From: Isurus oxyrinchus
Lineage: Eukaryota
Assembly (NCBI GenBank): GCA_026770705.1
Contig: JANJGN010000041.1
Coordinates: forward strand, 1,302,001-1,366,000
Direction of reading: 5' to 3'
DNA: 64,000 bases
Made by a program: the position numbers and the translations under genes. Under the pieces are notes generated by a model. That model saw nothing but the letters and a program-made list of their open reading frames with translations, ran no database searches and was not told where the DNA came from. Position 1 is the stretch's first letter. Each line of letters begins with the position of its first letter. Positions 24,301 to 38,250 of the stretch are shown piece by piece.

Positions 24301-26855
24301 GAAGACACTGTGCATGATGCTGTAATAAACTATTCGATTTCAAAACAAGTTTGACAGCAGCCTGAGACATGGATGGCTTGTTCCTCACAACTAAGAGGGT
24401 CTGTCCCTAGTGAGATCTGCAGATGTGAAAAATGAAGGCCTGGCGAGAAAACTGGTCAATTTTCACAGAAGCCAAATTGTTCAAAAAATCAGCGGGCCTG
24501 AAAGCAACTGGGGAAAGAAAGAAATGGTTTACTTTCCGTGTCCATGGGTACTTCTTCAAAACGTTCATTTGTCAACTTTGTTCGAACGTGTTTGCATATG
24601 TTGCCTTACGCAGACTATCCTCACCGCATTTCTGCACCCCTCTTTAGGCAGTTAACATTCAGTCTGAAATGAAAACAGCCTTGTGGAAACCATATCCAAT
24701 CGCCTCGGATACCATTGCTTCAAAACACGCTGTCCATATGTCGCCTCTGCTCCCCTGTTTACATCCCATTCTTCTGGTCCATACATCTGCGATGACAGGA
24801 TTCAAACTATTCAGCATTTTTAACACTTCCATCGAGCGCCTTGGCCAATTTCTGTGGTGAAAACTCACCATGAGAATTCAAGATATTTGTTTTTCTCCAT
24901 TTTGTATTGTGCCACTTTGCGTCCATGGATCCTGCAGCTGCACTAAGTCGTATTCTCTGATGAGGGACCAAGAAAGCCTGCAAATGCAGAGAGCAACGTC
25001 TGGTGATTCTGAAACGTTGCATCTGACAAGTTTAGTTACGCTGCTGAGTGGACATGCATAAAGACACGTCTTCCTTTACCAGTTACATATGATGTTTTGC
25101 ATCTGACACAATGATTTGTTTGTTTGGATTATGGAAATGGAGCGGGGTGTGTATTTGCCGGAGATAGGCATCTGAAGCCAATGGTCAACTGGAATTCCAT
25201 GCGAATTCTTTGCGAGACTGAACGAGTGACAAAATGAGCAAAAGAGCCGAAGAAGAAGCATCTGTGCCTCGGGGCAACGGGAAGAACTGACGCCATGTAG
25301 TGATTTTCAAGAAAGAAGATGCATCCCGTTTCAAGCAAAGGAAATTAACTGTCTGCATTGTGCAGGCAAACTGATGAACTATCGCTTCAAAATGAAAATC
25401 TCAGTGCAAATTTATATCTCACTGGCTCCTTTGGAAAGCATCAGCCGGCCTCTCCTCATTAGTAATAGTGGTGAGTATCCCCGCCTGTCACACAGGAGAA
25501 AGGGGTTAATTCCCCAACGGATATTGTGTGTGGTGGAACGCCTGCTCGCGCTTTGCATTCACAATCCGGTTTTCATTTCCACATAGTGATCGACCTAAAC
25601 AGTATTTCTGACAGGAGGCAGATTTCACAAAGTACACCATGAGCAAGTTTTTTGGGCAGTTCTGGTCATCAGTATCGCCCGTGATCAACAGCCATTTCCA
25701 CCATCATTCTGTCTTCTTCCATCTTGTCAGCGTCAAAACATTTATTGAAAACACAGCATCTCCATGCGTATCCAAGGTATTTTACTTATAAGACTTACAG
25801 ACTTTAGAGATGGCGGCAGCACAAATTTTGAAAGATTTTTCGATAATCGCTGAAGCCGACGTACTTAACTTCCCACCCACGATTGAACTCCCAGGGCTAA
25901 GTGGCGACGACAACTTCCAGGCAGGTCCATAGCTCCTTGTCTTCTGTACCCGATTCCGCTAAGGCATGAAGTAGGCTCATCATGCCCAATGTCAACTGAA
26001 ATGTATGCAATGCATTTTAGTGAGATCCAACGTTGCAAATTCCACAAAGAATTAACATTTGAGGGTATGCCAATTTGCATTACTTGCAATAAAAAGGAAA
26101 CATAGAATCTGATTTCAAGAGATGCTCATTTAATCACCCTCACCCTTCTCACACGTCATTCCTGAATTTGTACACTTCCCTTGACTACATAAAATTCTAG
26201 GCGAATAAACAGCAACCTTGCATGTAGTTTCCTCTAAAAGCCAAGGTAATCATCCGTGAAAACAAAGTTTTGGCAAAAATCCCCTGGTTCTGTCAGCAAC
26301 GCATCAAATCTTTGCCGACTGGTAACTGACCCTAAATCAACTGAAGTTCTGACTCCAAAATATGCACATATTTTGAGCGCCGCTCTATAACCTCTTCAGA
26401 ATTCACTGTGCTTGATGCTGGAATAAACTATTGGATTTCAGCTTCGCCAGCAGCCCGCGTCATGCATGGCCTCTTCCTCACAACTAAGAGGTTCAGTCCC
26501 AAGTGTGGCACGCAGATGTCAAAAAGTAAGGCTGGTTGAGAAAACCGGTCAAGTTTTGCAGCAACCTAAATTTTTAGAAAAAATTCTGCTGGCCTGAAAG
26601 CATCGGTGGAAAGAAGGAAATGATTTACTTCCCGAGTCCATGAGGCACTTCTCCAAAACCTTCATTTGTCAACTTTCTTCGGACATGTTTGCATAGGCTG
26701 CCATACGCAGGCTATCCTCACCGAATTTCTGCACCCCTCTTTAGGCAGTTAACATTCATTCTGAAATGAAAACAGCCTTGTGGAAATCCGATCCAATAGT
26801 ATCGGATACACTGCATCAAAACACGCTACCTACATTTAGCCTCTGCTCCCCTGAC
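21375..26855. repeat. Unidentified ~2.1-kb tandem repeat, about 2.6 diverged copies
   Basis: The anchor gacgtac recurs at 21661, 23764 and 25858 (offsets 2103 and 2094); other shared anchors include gcaaccttgcatg, ctctttaggcagttaacattc and catggatcctgcagctgcactaag. Confidence 0.95.
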
Positions 26856-27099
26856 ATCATCCCCTTCTTCCTTACCTACCTTGCCCTTTCTTATCCTGTT
26901 CTGCTGTGAAAACACATCCACAACAATTTTATTTGACGGAAATGCTCCTGGAACTGACCGAGGTACTAAATCCTTGTCAGTGGCAAACTGACGCTATGAA
27001 TTAAATAACAATATAAATTAGATCATGCAGGTGAGATAGACTGATGTCTGGGCTCCCACAAACAACAACTCAGATTAGTTCAATGCTCTGCAACCCAGC

Positions 27100-27720
27100 C
27101 ACATCTAACTGCATCCAACAGTAGAAAGAAACGAAGGAGTAATGCTATACAACTGTCCCCATTTTAAATATTGCAGGCTGGGGTGGTAGTCACTGACTGC
27201 CTCCAACCTTGAAATGACAACATCCATCTCGTCTGCTGAGCTCTCCAAAAAACAACATGGATGCCAATATTTAGCTTTCACTCCACGAGATGGCACGTAT
27301 CGGCTGAAAGGACTGGGTGCAGCATCCTGAGAATATTCCATATAATGTCCCCTCAGACTGGCAGCTCTTCGCTCACACCTTGCTGAACAGTGTTACGTAG
27401 GATTGCCTGTTTGCTTCATATCTTCTGGAAAACGCTTCCCACCCGCACCACTCATCTACGCGTTGTAAGGTACAGTACAAAAGTTGGAAGGTTTAGCAGT
27501 TTTGATATCAAATTGTGCGACCGTCGTCTGGTACGGTCCTCCAAATACTCACAGCTTCTGTAGTATGGATCACAGCCGGAACTTCTTGTTCAGAGGGAGG
27601 AACAACAGTGTCTCCTTGAATACCTTAACAACACCTTGTTTAGATTTAAGAACCTTGCCTCTGATTAGAACACATCACTTTGAAACGTAATGCATCATTC
27701 TTACATATTATGCCTACTCT
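27100..27720 (-). mobile_element. Possible highly decayed Gypsy pol (RT/RNase H) fragment
   Basis: Weak motif traces only (..PLNKKFRL*SIL.., ..PSPFSRYVPSRGVKAKY resembling PVAFASR..E.KY). Confidence 0.3.
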
Positions 27721-28149
27721 TTGTTAAGGGCACCTCCCCGTTAAGGTTTTCAGTTGGCACCTTTCACTTACTTTCCGAACTGAGGCGCAACTTCTGTCAG
27801 ACAGTTTAACAATAACCGATTTGATTATTTTACAAACCACAATCGGCTGAACTATGAAATGTTTAGCCATCTGGGCAGAGTTGTGTGGAAAGTTGAGAGA
27901 GAGAGAACGAGAGACACTACAAAAGAAGGAAAGAGAAGGAGCTGGAGGGAGGATCGAAGACAAGCTACCTGCAATGCAAGCAGATTGGCAATAGAAATAA
28001 CTAAATGGTAATGTGAGGAATAATAAAGAATTTTACACAGAGAAATTTTAGAAATTTGGATGCATTGTCTGATATTGACGTTGGGCAAATTGCAACTCAT
28101 GTGCTCTAGTTTTGCTTACTAACGATTTTGTGCATGTCTTTATGTAAAA

Positions 28150-31100
28150 CTTACAAAAAATCTAAAGTTAGTAGATCGACCGGCTCTTCTTTATCAACTT
28201 AGTTATTTATATCCTCAAAAAGTACCACCAGGTGGGTAAACATAATTTCGCTTTCCGAAATCCATGTTGCCTTTTCCGAATACTACAAGTATTATGTAGC
28301 TATCCTGTTATCACATTCTTCCTTATAAATTCGAGCTTTATTCCTAATGTTGGTGCAAATATGAAAGGACTGTCGTGTTCCCTTTCCTCTCTAACTCCTT
28401 TCTTAAATAATACGGTTACGTTTGCCACTTTTCAATCTCTACAGCTTCCTGAGAATTTTGAATGGTCGCCACCAATGCATCTGCTATCTCGACCGCCACT
28501 TCTTTTCTGCCCTCCTGGGTATGGATCATTGGGCCCAGGGTGACCATGCACTTTAAGCACCATTAATTTCCCCAATACTTTTTTCTCAGTTGAATTAAAA
28601 TCTGGCAGATCCTCTTTCAATCTATCCCCCTGCTTCTCAATCATTTCTGGGATGGTTTTGTATTTTTCTCCAAGATGACAGACACGAAGTATTAGCTAAC
28701 TTTCTCTGTCATTTCCTTACTACATGAAATAAACTCTCCTGACTTTGTTTGCCATTGAATATATATTTAATTCTATTAATAGTTTCCTTTATTTTACACA
28801 CAGAAACACTTGAAATATTTATTTTATCTTTCTGGCTGGTTTATTCACACCTTGAATTTTCCCTTTCTGATAATTTTCTTGACTTCCTTAGCAGAATTCT
28901 AAAATGGTGCCGAATCTCTGACTTACTCTTTTTGATAGAGGTCTCGTCCCTCCTATAACTCTTCCCCGGACTCCTGTTCATTACATTAATATGTTTCTGT
29001 TGTAAACGATGGAAACGTTGCTGATATGTTAACCATTGAATGTCCAACTCCATACCTTTCATAAAAAATTGACAATCCACCATAGCCTAACACTCCCCGC
29101 CCCCACCCCCGAGTTTCATAACACTCTGTTTAGATTAAGACCCTTGTCTCTGATTGGAAGTCGGCACATTGAACCTTTATATTACGCTCACTCTTTCCTA
29201 AGGGCTGTTTTAAATCAAGAGCATCAATGAGCAATGATCAGTTGCCCAAGGCTTCATCTGAAATAACACATTTACTATTTGCCGTTTCAATGTGCTGCTC
29301 TAGAAAACCATCTCGCAATTTTTTCTAAGAATTCGTTCCCCAAAACATTAGAAGGATTTTTTTAACCCACTCTAAGTATACAGTGGAATCCCCGACGGTT
29401 AGAGTTCTGCCCTTCTACAATCATCTCTAATGTAATGATATGCTGGGAGATTTACATTACCACTGCAGCTTGGTGGAATATAAACAAATCACTGCAATGT
29501 TTTCTAACCACTGCTTTCCCTTAGTTGCACCCAAACTGATTATACACTTTGAACTTCACAATATCAGTCATTTCTCAGGAGAGTACCAATGCCCGCTTTT
29601 ATCACCAGAGCTACCCCAATAATTTTTCCCAGCTTCTTGTTCTTCCAGAATGTTACATGCACTAGGCTATTAATTTCCCAGCATTGGTTTGCTTGCAGCC
29701 ACGTCTCTGCATTGTCTATCAGATCAGACATATAAATTTCTATTTTAGATTAGCAGTCACGTGTTTTCATGCGAATGTTGCAGGCATTCAACATCAGAGC
29801 CCTTAATTCAGTTTTTTATTACCGTTTTTGCAAATACTGTCCCTGCTTCCTCACACGCCCCTAAACTTGCAATTAATTCTCCTTCCTTCCATTAACTCAT
29901 AACATTCACCTTTATCCCTTCAATGATATATTGTCTTGCCATTTCCATTTTACTCATGCCAACTCACCGAGATGATCTCTTCACCCTTTGGTTATTTAAG
30001 GAACCATCTCTACTTCCTTACCACTGCATCCCGCTCGAAACCTGGGCCCAACACGGTTAAAGTCTAGACTGCCCTAATGTTAGAACTCCCACTTGCTCAG
30101 TACTGGTGCCAGTGCGAATAGATGGGCACTCATTTATCATATAATATTTTTTCAGACACCTATTCATCTTCCTAAATGTATTCACCTTACACCAATTTTT
30201 ACATCCCACCGGTAATAGGCATAGATTTTTAACGTATTTTTCTGCGGTTTAACCTCTTGTCCATCTCCCCCGAAACACTACGTGGAAATTATTTCCTGGT
30301 TGTCCCAAAGTTTTTTTGTACTTACATGGACAACGGCCCAATTAATCCAGTCCCTCCTACGGGAAGCTTCTCTCCAGTCTGAGCAGTTCTCTCAAAATTT
30401 AGTAGCTTGAAGGTAAACCTGCAGCCTGCAATCATGCTACCAATTGCAGGGAACACAACATATCACCCTGACTACAATGTCGCCTATCACTAGTATATTC
30501 CTCTTCGCTCCACCCATTCGAAAGTCATTCCTCACCATTGTGTCATGGTCAGTCCGCTCCTCTACCTTGCAGTCGTCCCCATTCACACAGGTTGCTAGCA
30601 CTTCATATCTGCTGAAAAGGTCATGGGCCAAGGCTCTTTAAGGTTTCGATGCTGTGTCCCCTTATCTGCCGGACATGCACTCACCCTCCTGTTCCTGGCC
30701 ATTAATGAATCTGTCGTTCTCTCTAACATACAGGGAAATGACTGTCTTCTGGAGCAAAGTGTCCAAGCAACATTTGCACCGCATGCCTCTCCAGAAATGC
30801 CTGACCGTTACCACATAATCCAACTCAATGCATTGCATCGATATTTATATGCTGCTATAATGGCCCACCACCAGCCTGCCACTGCTTACAACCATACTCA
30901 TTTAATTAGCCAAATAGTTAATACCTTACAGAAATACATTCCCACAATGTTGCAACCAGCTATTTTGTTGATGAGCAGGAAAGCTGTCCAATGACTGGAG
31001 GCTGGCGAAAATAAGAAAAGAAACACGTCATTATCTCAGATTCCCAAATTACCATCTGAACCAAATTCTCATATCCTTACTCAATCTACATCTGTCTCAG

Positions 31101-31150
31101 ATTTAGCTGCGTATCCTCATGTCCCATTTGACGTGCACTTTAAACAACCA
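28150..31150 (-). mobile_element. Long degraded CR1 LINE including ORF1 and ORF2 remnants
   Basis: ORF 30437-30631(-) NILVIGDIVVRVICC resembles the CR1 ORF1 esterase motif VVIGDSIVRG; ORF 28432-28644(-) EKKVLGKLMVLKVHGHPGPNDPYP resembles the ORF2 KSPGPDG region. Confidence 0.8.
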
Positions 31151-34139
31151 TGTGTTTTTATAGAACATCTAATGACTCACCAGCTACCTCAGCATTCTCT
31201 TATGACAGTTAACATATGTTAAGGGAAACTACTTGCAGCGACATGGTGCCTATTTGCCGTTGCAATGCCCCAGAATGAAGCCACCGTGCATAGGATTCCG
31301 TGAGAACCACAGGATGGTTTGTACATTCTGCATAGTTGCTAGGGACATTGCATCTGCACCATTTCTTCGGCCGGATCTGAAATATTTGAGGCTTGTACAC
31401 TTCTCAATAAAATCCTCAAAAAAAGAAACCATACTGCCACCATGCTGTGTTCCCATTTTGAACGTGAACACAGCAAACATAGGATGTGGATTGTTAAAAC
31501 GATTTTTAAAATTCGAAACCTGAAAATGCACGGAATTTGGTGAAAGGTGACCAAAGGAAATTACCGCTGATTACTGCTGTCCAATGCCATCAAACAGTGG
31601 TTGGATCACTTCTCCAACAATTGAAGGTGCACTGAAGGTATGAGGAACAAACAGCAGATTTGTTTGAGATGTATACAATCATCCAACGTTGTAGATCTGT
31701 CTAATTGTATTCGGTTTTCGTTTCGTCCTCAGAGTGACAACATCTAAGTGACTTGGGTTGCCTTTTCTGAGATTCACTTAAGACTTAACAACGCTGTGGC
31801 TCCGCAGTTACATGCAGGTTAGACAGAGTTAAGACAGCAGATGTGCATCCTCAAGATGGCCCGTCTGTAAAATCCAAGAATTCCTTGCTGGCCGGATTTG
31901 ATAATTGGTACCTTTTCTATGTAGTAAGAGCAGAATTGACACCCCTTTCCTAAAACACAGCATTGAGCTTGCAGCTGGTGGCAAACCAAATTCCCGGTCT
32001 GCCATCCGCCGGGACAATGTTGAAAGTCGTGAACTGATCCGTTCCTATGAGGATCAGGGGGTCAATCAGTGAGTCTGGAGACACCTTTACATTTCCCTGG
32101 AGTGACTGATTACTGGGGGGGAGGACATCCTGCAGCTACACCTACATCAGAGGTTTTGTTTAACCACCACTTCCGCCCCGCCCCACAACTGCTCAGTCCA
32201 ATTGCCCTTGCAATCCGGTCCTTCTGGCCCTTCGAACACCCACACACACAACCATAACCCCCAACTTCCTGTCTCCAATGCTCCTCACTGGACAGTTTGG
32301 ACAAGACGCAGGCTGTCCATTGAGCGTTCAAACAAAAAAAAAGCTCTTTTCATTTGATAAACATTGAAGGTTGCGCTTCAGTGAGAGGGTGAAACGGCCC
32401 AAGAAAGGCCGTTTCCTATCTTTGTTCCTGTATGGCATTGAAATTAATTTAAACTTGCCAGTTGTGCTTAACACGGAAACAGCTGAGCTCAGTTGCTGCC
32501 AATTCCATTTTAAGCACAATATTCTTCCCGCATTATCTGTAGGCACCTTGCACGATGTTTGTGTTTAGTGGACTGGCTGGCATACAGTGTTAGCCTGCCC
32601 GGTGACTCTCCTGCCATGGTGATGGAGCACAGTCTGTTGGAACAGCTCACAGAAGATTCGACTGGAAATATAACAGAGAAAGAAGGGTTTTCAATGCAGC
32701 AGGGGTGAATGATGCCACTTCACCCTCCTGTCGCTTTCTCCCTATAAGAGATCCTCCTTCGTACCTCCGACTCGTCCTCTAAGGAGACACCTAGCACGAT
32801 GCCAATAACCAACATTGCCCAGCCATGAACCCTCGGAGCTGACCAGTGTGCTCAAGGAACAGAGCACTCACAATTTTCAGTTGATGTCCATAGGAGGCAC
32901 TGTCTTAAACTGCCTGACACAAGATGTCACCTCAGGCAAAACTACGCTTAACCTGGAGTTTTGCTTATGACGAACATGGACACGAAGTGAGCATCGTCAT
33001 GAACAAAACACACTGACAGAATTTTTTCATTAGTCAAATGTAAAAGTCAGTAACATTCACACTTGCACCCCTGCACACCATCACATACACAAGCAGGGAC
33101 ACAAAAGGTGTGTTTAGTGAAGGGACTGCGCTCCGCATTGGAAAGCACTTGAAAAAAATAGAGATAGAAGGAGTGAGACTAGAAAGGCTGAATGAACCGA
33201 GTGGATTCCTCGAATCCATATATCTATGATTATGAAACATTTTAATGTAGTGGTTGCAGAGTGAAGGATTGCGCTAGCCATGACGCATATAAATACAGGT
33301 CTTAAGAAAGAGACAATCGCCAGGAAAAGTCAAAGAGAATTCAGGAATGTTTATTGCCCCGGAGAGGGCTGAGAAAGTGAAAGTCACTACCACAGGGAGT
33401 ACTGTGGTGTTTCCGTAAGCTGCATTTAAGTGAAAGCTAAGCACATTCTGGGGACAGAAACGGACGGACACCCTATCTGGTTATGCTTTGAATGGGCAGG
33501 CTGTCCATTGCTGAGTGTCGAATATAACTGAGTTCTGTCGTAAAACAGCATGGGTAGATTTTAATCAACGTTTGCAGGGAGCTGATAACTGGGCGATTTG
33601 TTAATAAAGCACGATTACGGATGCTGGTCCTGCTGCCACAGGGGAAGTAAGGGAGGGGATTGAAGGCACCATATCACCCTACTGTCCCTCTCTCCTTCTA
33701 TAGCTGGTGCTGCTTGGCCTCACCCCACTTTCCCGTTTCCACGAAAGAACAAAGGATAAACTCCCCCGCCCCCGTCCCCCATCACAGCAGTTTGCCCCTG
33801 ACCAAGGATTCTCTTGCTCTAGGTGCAACATAATCGATTATTGCAGAACTGTCTCTGTCTTGGGTAATGTGATTTTGAGACAGTGACTTCATCACTGTTA
33901 GCAAAAGACCTTGTGTCACGCTAAACTGCCGTTTTATGTTAAGGTTCAGCCTTGTCTACAGCGGAACATCATCAGTGTCCACTCAGCAGCCTATTTGAGT
34001 TCCACCATAATACCTGATCTCTCCCCATGAGGACATAGCTCCCATTTCTGTGCAATAATTTCGGTTCGATTTGGACGGTGCCTCCTGCCCAGACCTTCTT
34101 CAACGAGTTTATCATATGGACCAATAACTCCTCATGTGA

Positions 34140-35460
34140 GGAGTTTGTTTTTACTCATTCATGGGATGGAGGCTTCGCTGACTGGGGGAAATGTACTGTC
34201 CATCCCTAGTTGCACTTGAGAAGGAGGTTTTGAGCTGGCTTCTGAGCGGTTGTGCTCTCTACACTATACCTACACCCACAGTTAGTATAGCGGGTGGTGA
34301 GGGGAGAGGTTTGTCGTACCAAAGGACAATGACCCAGCGACTGTTAAGGAACACTGATATCCTTCCAAGTTAGGATGGTCCGTAACTTAGGGAGGCGATT
34401 GAAGATTGTCTTGTTCCCTACTATCTGCTGATATTGTCCTTCGAAGGTGAAGTGGCCATGAGCTTGGTAGTTGCAGTCGAAGAGGACTTCGTAACATTGT
34501 GCAATGCATCTTATATGTGGTACACACTGCTGTTGCTGTGTGTCGGTGGAGGAGGGAGTGAATGATGGGTTTTGCATGATAATCAATTGGGTTGTTTTGT
34601 CCTTCATTGTGACGAGTTTCTGGAGTGTCTTTGGAGATGCCTTCAACCTCGAAAATGGAGAGTATTCCGTCAAACTCCTGACTTTTGCCTTATAGGTAGT
34701 GGGCAGTCTTTGGGGAGTCAGCAAGTGCATAACTGCCCAGGCGATTCCTGGCTTCTGATCTGCTTTTGTAGCCACAGAACCGATATGACTAGTGCAGATC
34801 ATTTTCTGGTTAATGGTGGCCTCCTGGATGTTCATAGAGGGGTTATTCAGTTATGCTGATTTCATTGATTGTCAAGGGGCAATGGTTAGATTGTCTGTTG
34901 CTGTAGATGGTCATTGCCTGGCACTTTTATGATGTGATTGTTCCTTGCAGCTATTCAGCGACAGGCTGGATATTTTCCAGGGCCAGTATATCATTGTCCT
35001 GAAACGGTGTTTCTTCCAACTAACCATCCCTCCCTCACGCCACGCCCATCATCCCCTCCTCGGAGGATGAGAAGAGCTACGTTATTCCCCAACACTTCGG
35101 CAGGATAGTAATACCCCGCCTGGTGTTAGGGGCCAAAACATCCCGACCAGGTCGTGCTAAATTTGAACCTGGGCTGATTGATTATCTGTGGAATCGTGAA
35201 TGTTCCTGAACATTGTGCAATCATGAGTGAACAACCCCACTTCTGACTATATGATGGATGGACGCACATTGATGAAGCAAGTGACACTGGTTCGCAAACG
35301 GGAATTACCCTGAGGAAATCCTGTATCGTTCCATCTTCCTTTCTGCCTAACGCAAGTTTCCAATTCATGCCAATTTTGTTCCAGCTCATTGAGGCCAACC
35401 TCAGTCAAATGCTGCCTTTATGTCAAAGGCACTCATTCTCACCTCACCGCTGGAAATAGC
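34140..35460 (-). mobile_element. L2/CR1-group LINE 3' portion (same family as 14.7-18.0 kb)
   Basis: ORF 34344-34835(-) LLTPQRLPTTYKAKVRSLTEYSP matches the ORF2 C-terminal LxxxYKAxVRSxxEY pattern. Confidence 0.8.
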
Positions 35461-36437
35461 GTTTTTGTCCCATTCTTTTCATACTTTGTTATATAATGAC
35501 TAACCGAAACACTTCTAAATGTTATATTTAATACAAGATGATTTGTGGCTGTTGTGGAAGTACATGCCAAGCCTGACAGAGAACATGGAGAAATAAAGAG
35601 TGTTCGTGGCCCGTACCTTGCAGTGCTGGTAATGGTGAAATCTCTGAATGTCACCTGTATGAAGATTGCAATGAAACAGATATTCTGTTGAGCTCACCGA
35701 AGCAAAAAGGCCAGAAGTGGCAATGTGTCGGATTCAACACTCCACCAAAATCTTTTGAGGAAGATGTTGAGCTGATTGCTCAGGACTTATACAAAAACAT
35801 ACGTTGCTTATTTCAGCTGGTTCCTATCATGTTGTAAGGCTGCACAGGAGACCAGACCTTTAAGCCATCAATCTGCCAACATCTCTGTCTTACCACGCTC
35901 CCATCCAGTCCTGCACTCAGACAACTTTAGCTATTCCCCAGATTATCTCGATCAGTCACCCCATTACAACTCATCACCGGTAGCTTCCAAGGCACCCTAG
36001 CACCCGTAACACTCCACTTCACCCCATCAACACTAAATTTCCGATTCCCCATGATGTCTTAACGTACACAATTTTCACCCATCAACCCTGCCTCTCTTGT
36101 GTCCACACCGTTATTCCTAGGCTGACTGCCATCATGCCCGGATAATCCCATCAACCCATATCTTCACTCATGAAACGTTTTGCCTCAATTGCCTCAGCTT
36201 CCCCCATCAACACTAGCTCCTCCCTCACCTCGCGTTACCCCATCATCCCTGCTAACCGCATAACCTCTGACTTCCACCCTCAAACCGTCTTTTCTTCTCC
36301 AATATCTTCCCCTTAATTGTTCCAGCCATCCAGCTTATCATCAACCATTTGATCGATCCGGTAGAATGATTCTGAAATGTTCAATAAGTCCTGACACCAA
36401 CTTGTAAATTTGGTCTTGTACATTCATCTTACATTCC

Positions 36438-37260
36438 GTTAACATTTGCAGAAATTGTGATCTCTCCTAATTTGCCACTGGGCAAAAGGTGACTATGGCA
36501 GTGGCAAGGCTGATTTCCCCAGCCTGATATTTCGACACTTTCTGATTGTTTTCTGATAAAGTGTTTCGTTTCTTGAACTCCACCGCCGTGTTTAATGCCA
36601 ACACTATCAGCCACTGACTGTTCTGCCTGATCCACAGTCACTCGCACCATTGAAAGCTCTGTAGCTATGTGTTGCCAAAATCTGAAATGTAAATATTGTG
36701 CTGGAGAAACAGGGGCTGAGGTTCGGTTAATAGTGACTTTTTTGGGCTATTTAAGGAACATTTCCTGATACTTATTGTTAGCAAATGAGTATTGGCTGAC
36801 GATATACACACGCTCTGGTATGTGACAATAAATGACCTGCATTCTCGGGCCTGGAGAATAATCGAATTCCTCAATCACATTCTAAACCTGGAGAGGCCAT
36901 TTGCCCTGCTCTTGCTGTTCAATACTTTCACTGTCAAGCACAGGTTACTGACCAGCAGAAGTAGCAGGAGACTCCGGGCTATCAGAAAGATGGAAAATCT
37001 AAGGGAACCCAACATTTTACTGTTATCCTCTCAACCAATTGCATCAATTAATGGACAACTTTTGCCCTTTATTCTCTGTGGTGTCAGATGTTGGATGTGT
37101 TGTCCAGTTTTATATGTCCAGACAATTTTGGTCAAATATTTGGTTTCATTCTGCAGCTCCTGAGTTGATGCACAATCATTTGCATTTATATTGTAACTCA
37201 AAATATCTTGTGATTCCACTCAAAGAATGTGCTCGGATATGATTAAAGTAACTGAAAAGC
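36438..37260 (+). pseudogene. Heavily decayed GPR139-like GPCR pseudogene
   Basis: Fragments SATDCSA*STVTRTIESSVAMCCQNLKCKYCAGET..YLRNIS*Y; AWRIIEFLNHIL..PFALLLLFNTFTVKHRLLTSRSSRRLR; FILQLLS*CTIICIYIVTQ. Multiple stops, frameshifts and deletions. Confidence 0.85.
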
Positions 37261-37759
37261 TGTTCGTGGGCAGCATTGTCTCATTTTATTTCAGGATTTG
37301 AGCGTGTGGTGTGGCTTGCCAGCAAGGCAAAGGAGGAATCGTGAGATGGTCACAAATGGTAACATTGTCTGTTGAACAATTAGCATTTACAACATGAAGA
37401 TACGTCCCTCCGATCAGACATCATAGTCTTCAGAATAACAGCACACCAATTGTACCTACCAGCAGCATCACCCATTGTACCCAGCAAACCGCCCCCCACC
37501 TACTCCACCCTAACAAGCATTTGGCCAGCCCACATGTCCATCACAACACATCCCACAATTGTCACTTGCAGATGTTGCACACATTTTGGGATGTGAGTAG
37601 GTGAATTACGTACCACAGTGCTCCCAGAGCCCGGCCTGGTCTTGTAGCAAAAATAGTATTCGCTTTACTGATGAACATGAACGATAAATGTGATAGTGAT
37701 TTTGCATAAGGGGTCTTTGTCTTTGTTAACTCTCCCCACCAGCCTCCCCGCATCTGGCC

Positions 37760-38250
37760 TCAAACATTTTTACCCTGCATTGCCTTCTCTCTCAGCTGCT
37801 TTCCAGGTTTCCCCTTGAAGAGTTTTATAAAGTTCACTTGAACCAGCCCATCACGTAGCAAGTTCACATTCTCACGATTCTCTGGACATGAGGTCTCTCC
37901 TGAATTCCCTTTTGGATAACTTGCTGATTGTTGGACATTGATGACCATTTAGTTGTGTCCCTCCCCACAAGTGGAAATATTCTGTATGTATCCAATCACT
38001 CAAAACGTGTGCATTTTAAACACCCCTATTGTACCATCGTGGAGACTTGTTTGCACTTTTCCAGAGAGAAGAGCAACAGCCTAAAAGCTCCTCTTGATAT
38101 GTATACCCGCACATTCCTGGCATCATCCTTATCAATCCTCTCTGCGCGAGTGTCTCTATATTGCTTTTATAACCACGCATGTTGACCATGCGCTACTGTC
38201 TAACCTTGGTCAACAAATGTTTTAATCAGGTTCAGCACATCCTTCCGATT
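37760..38250 (-). mobile_element. CR1 LINE 3' fragment
   Basis: Typical antisense CR1 3'-region sequence (ccccacaagtggaaatattctg, agagagaagagcaacagcct, ggcatcatccttatcaatcctctctgc). Confidence 0.65.

Noticed and set aside
26370-26440. NPIVY...EF*RGY on the minus strand, resembling GPCR TM7/helix 8
   Set aside because: No upstream hydrophobic helices, and the motif is not kept in the other copies.
22800-26800. TGA recoding (Trp or Sec) in the 2.1-kb repeat, suggested by TGA codons shared between copies
   Set aside because: Shared TAA/TAG stops and frameshifts also occur, so no frame stays open; shared ancestry of non-coding DNA explains it.
31200-31560. Overlapping ~95-aa ORFs on both strands after an AG acceptor-like site
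   Set aside because: No recognisable domain, no paralogue in the window, and stops in the acceptor frame.
32100-34110. PIF/Harbinger transposase traces (also ~47700-48300)
   Set aside because: Only very short, ambiguous motif resemblances; too decayed to call.
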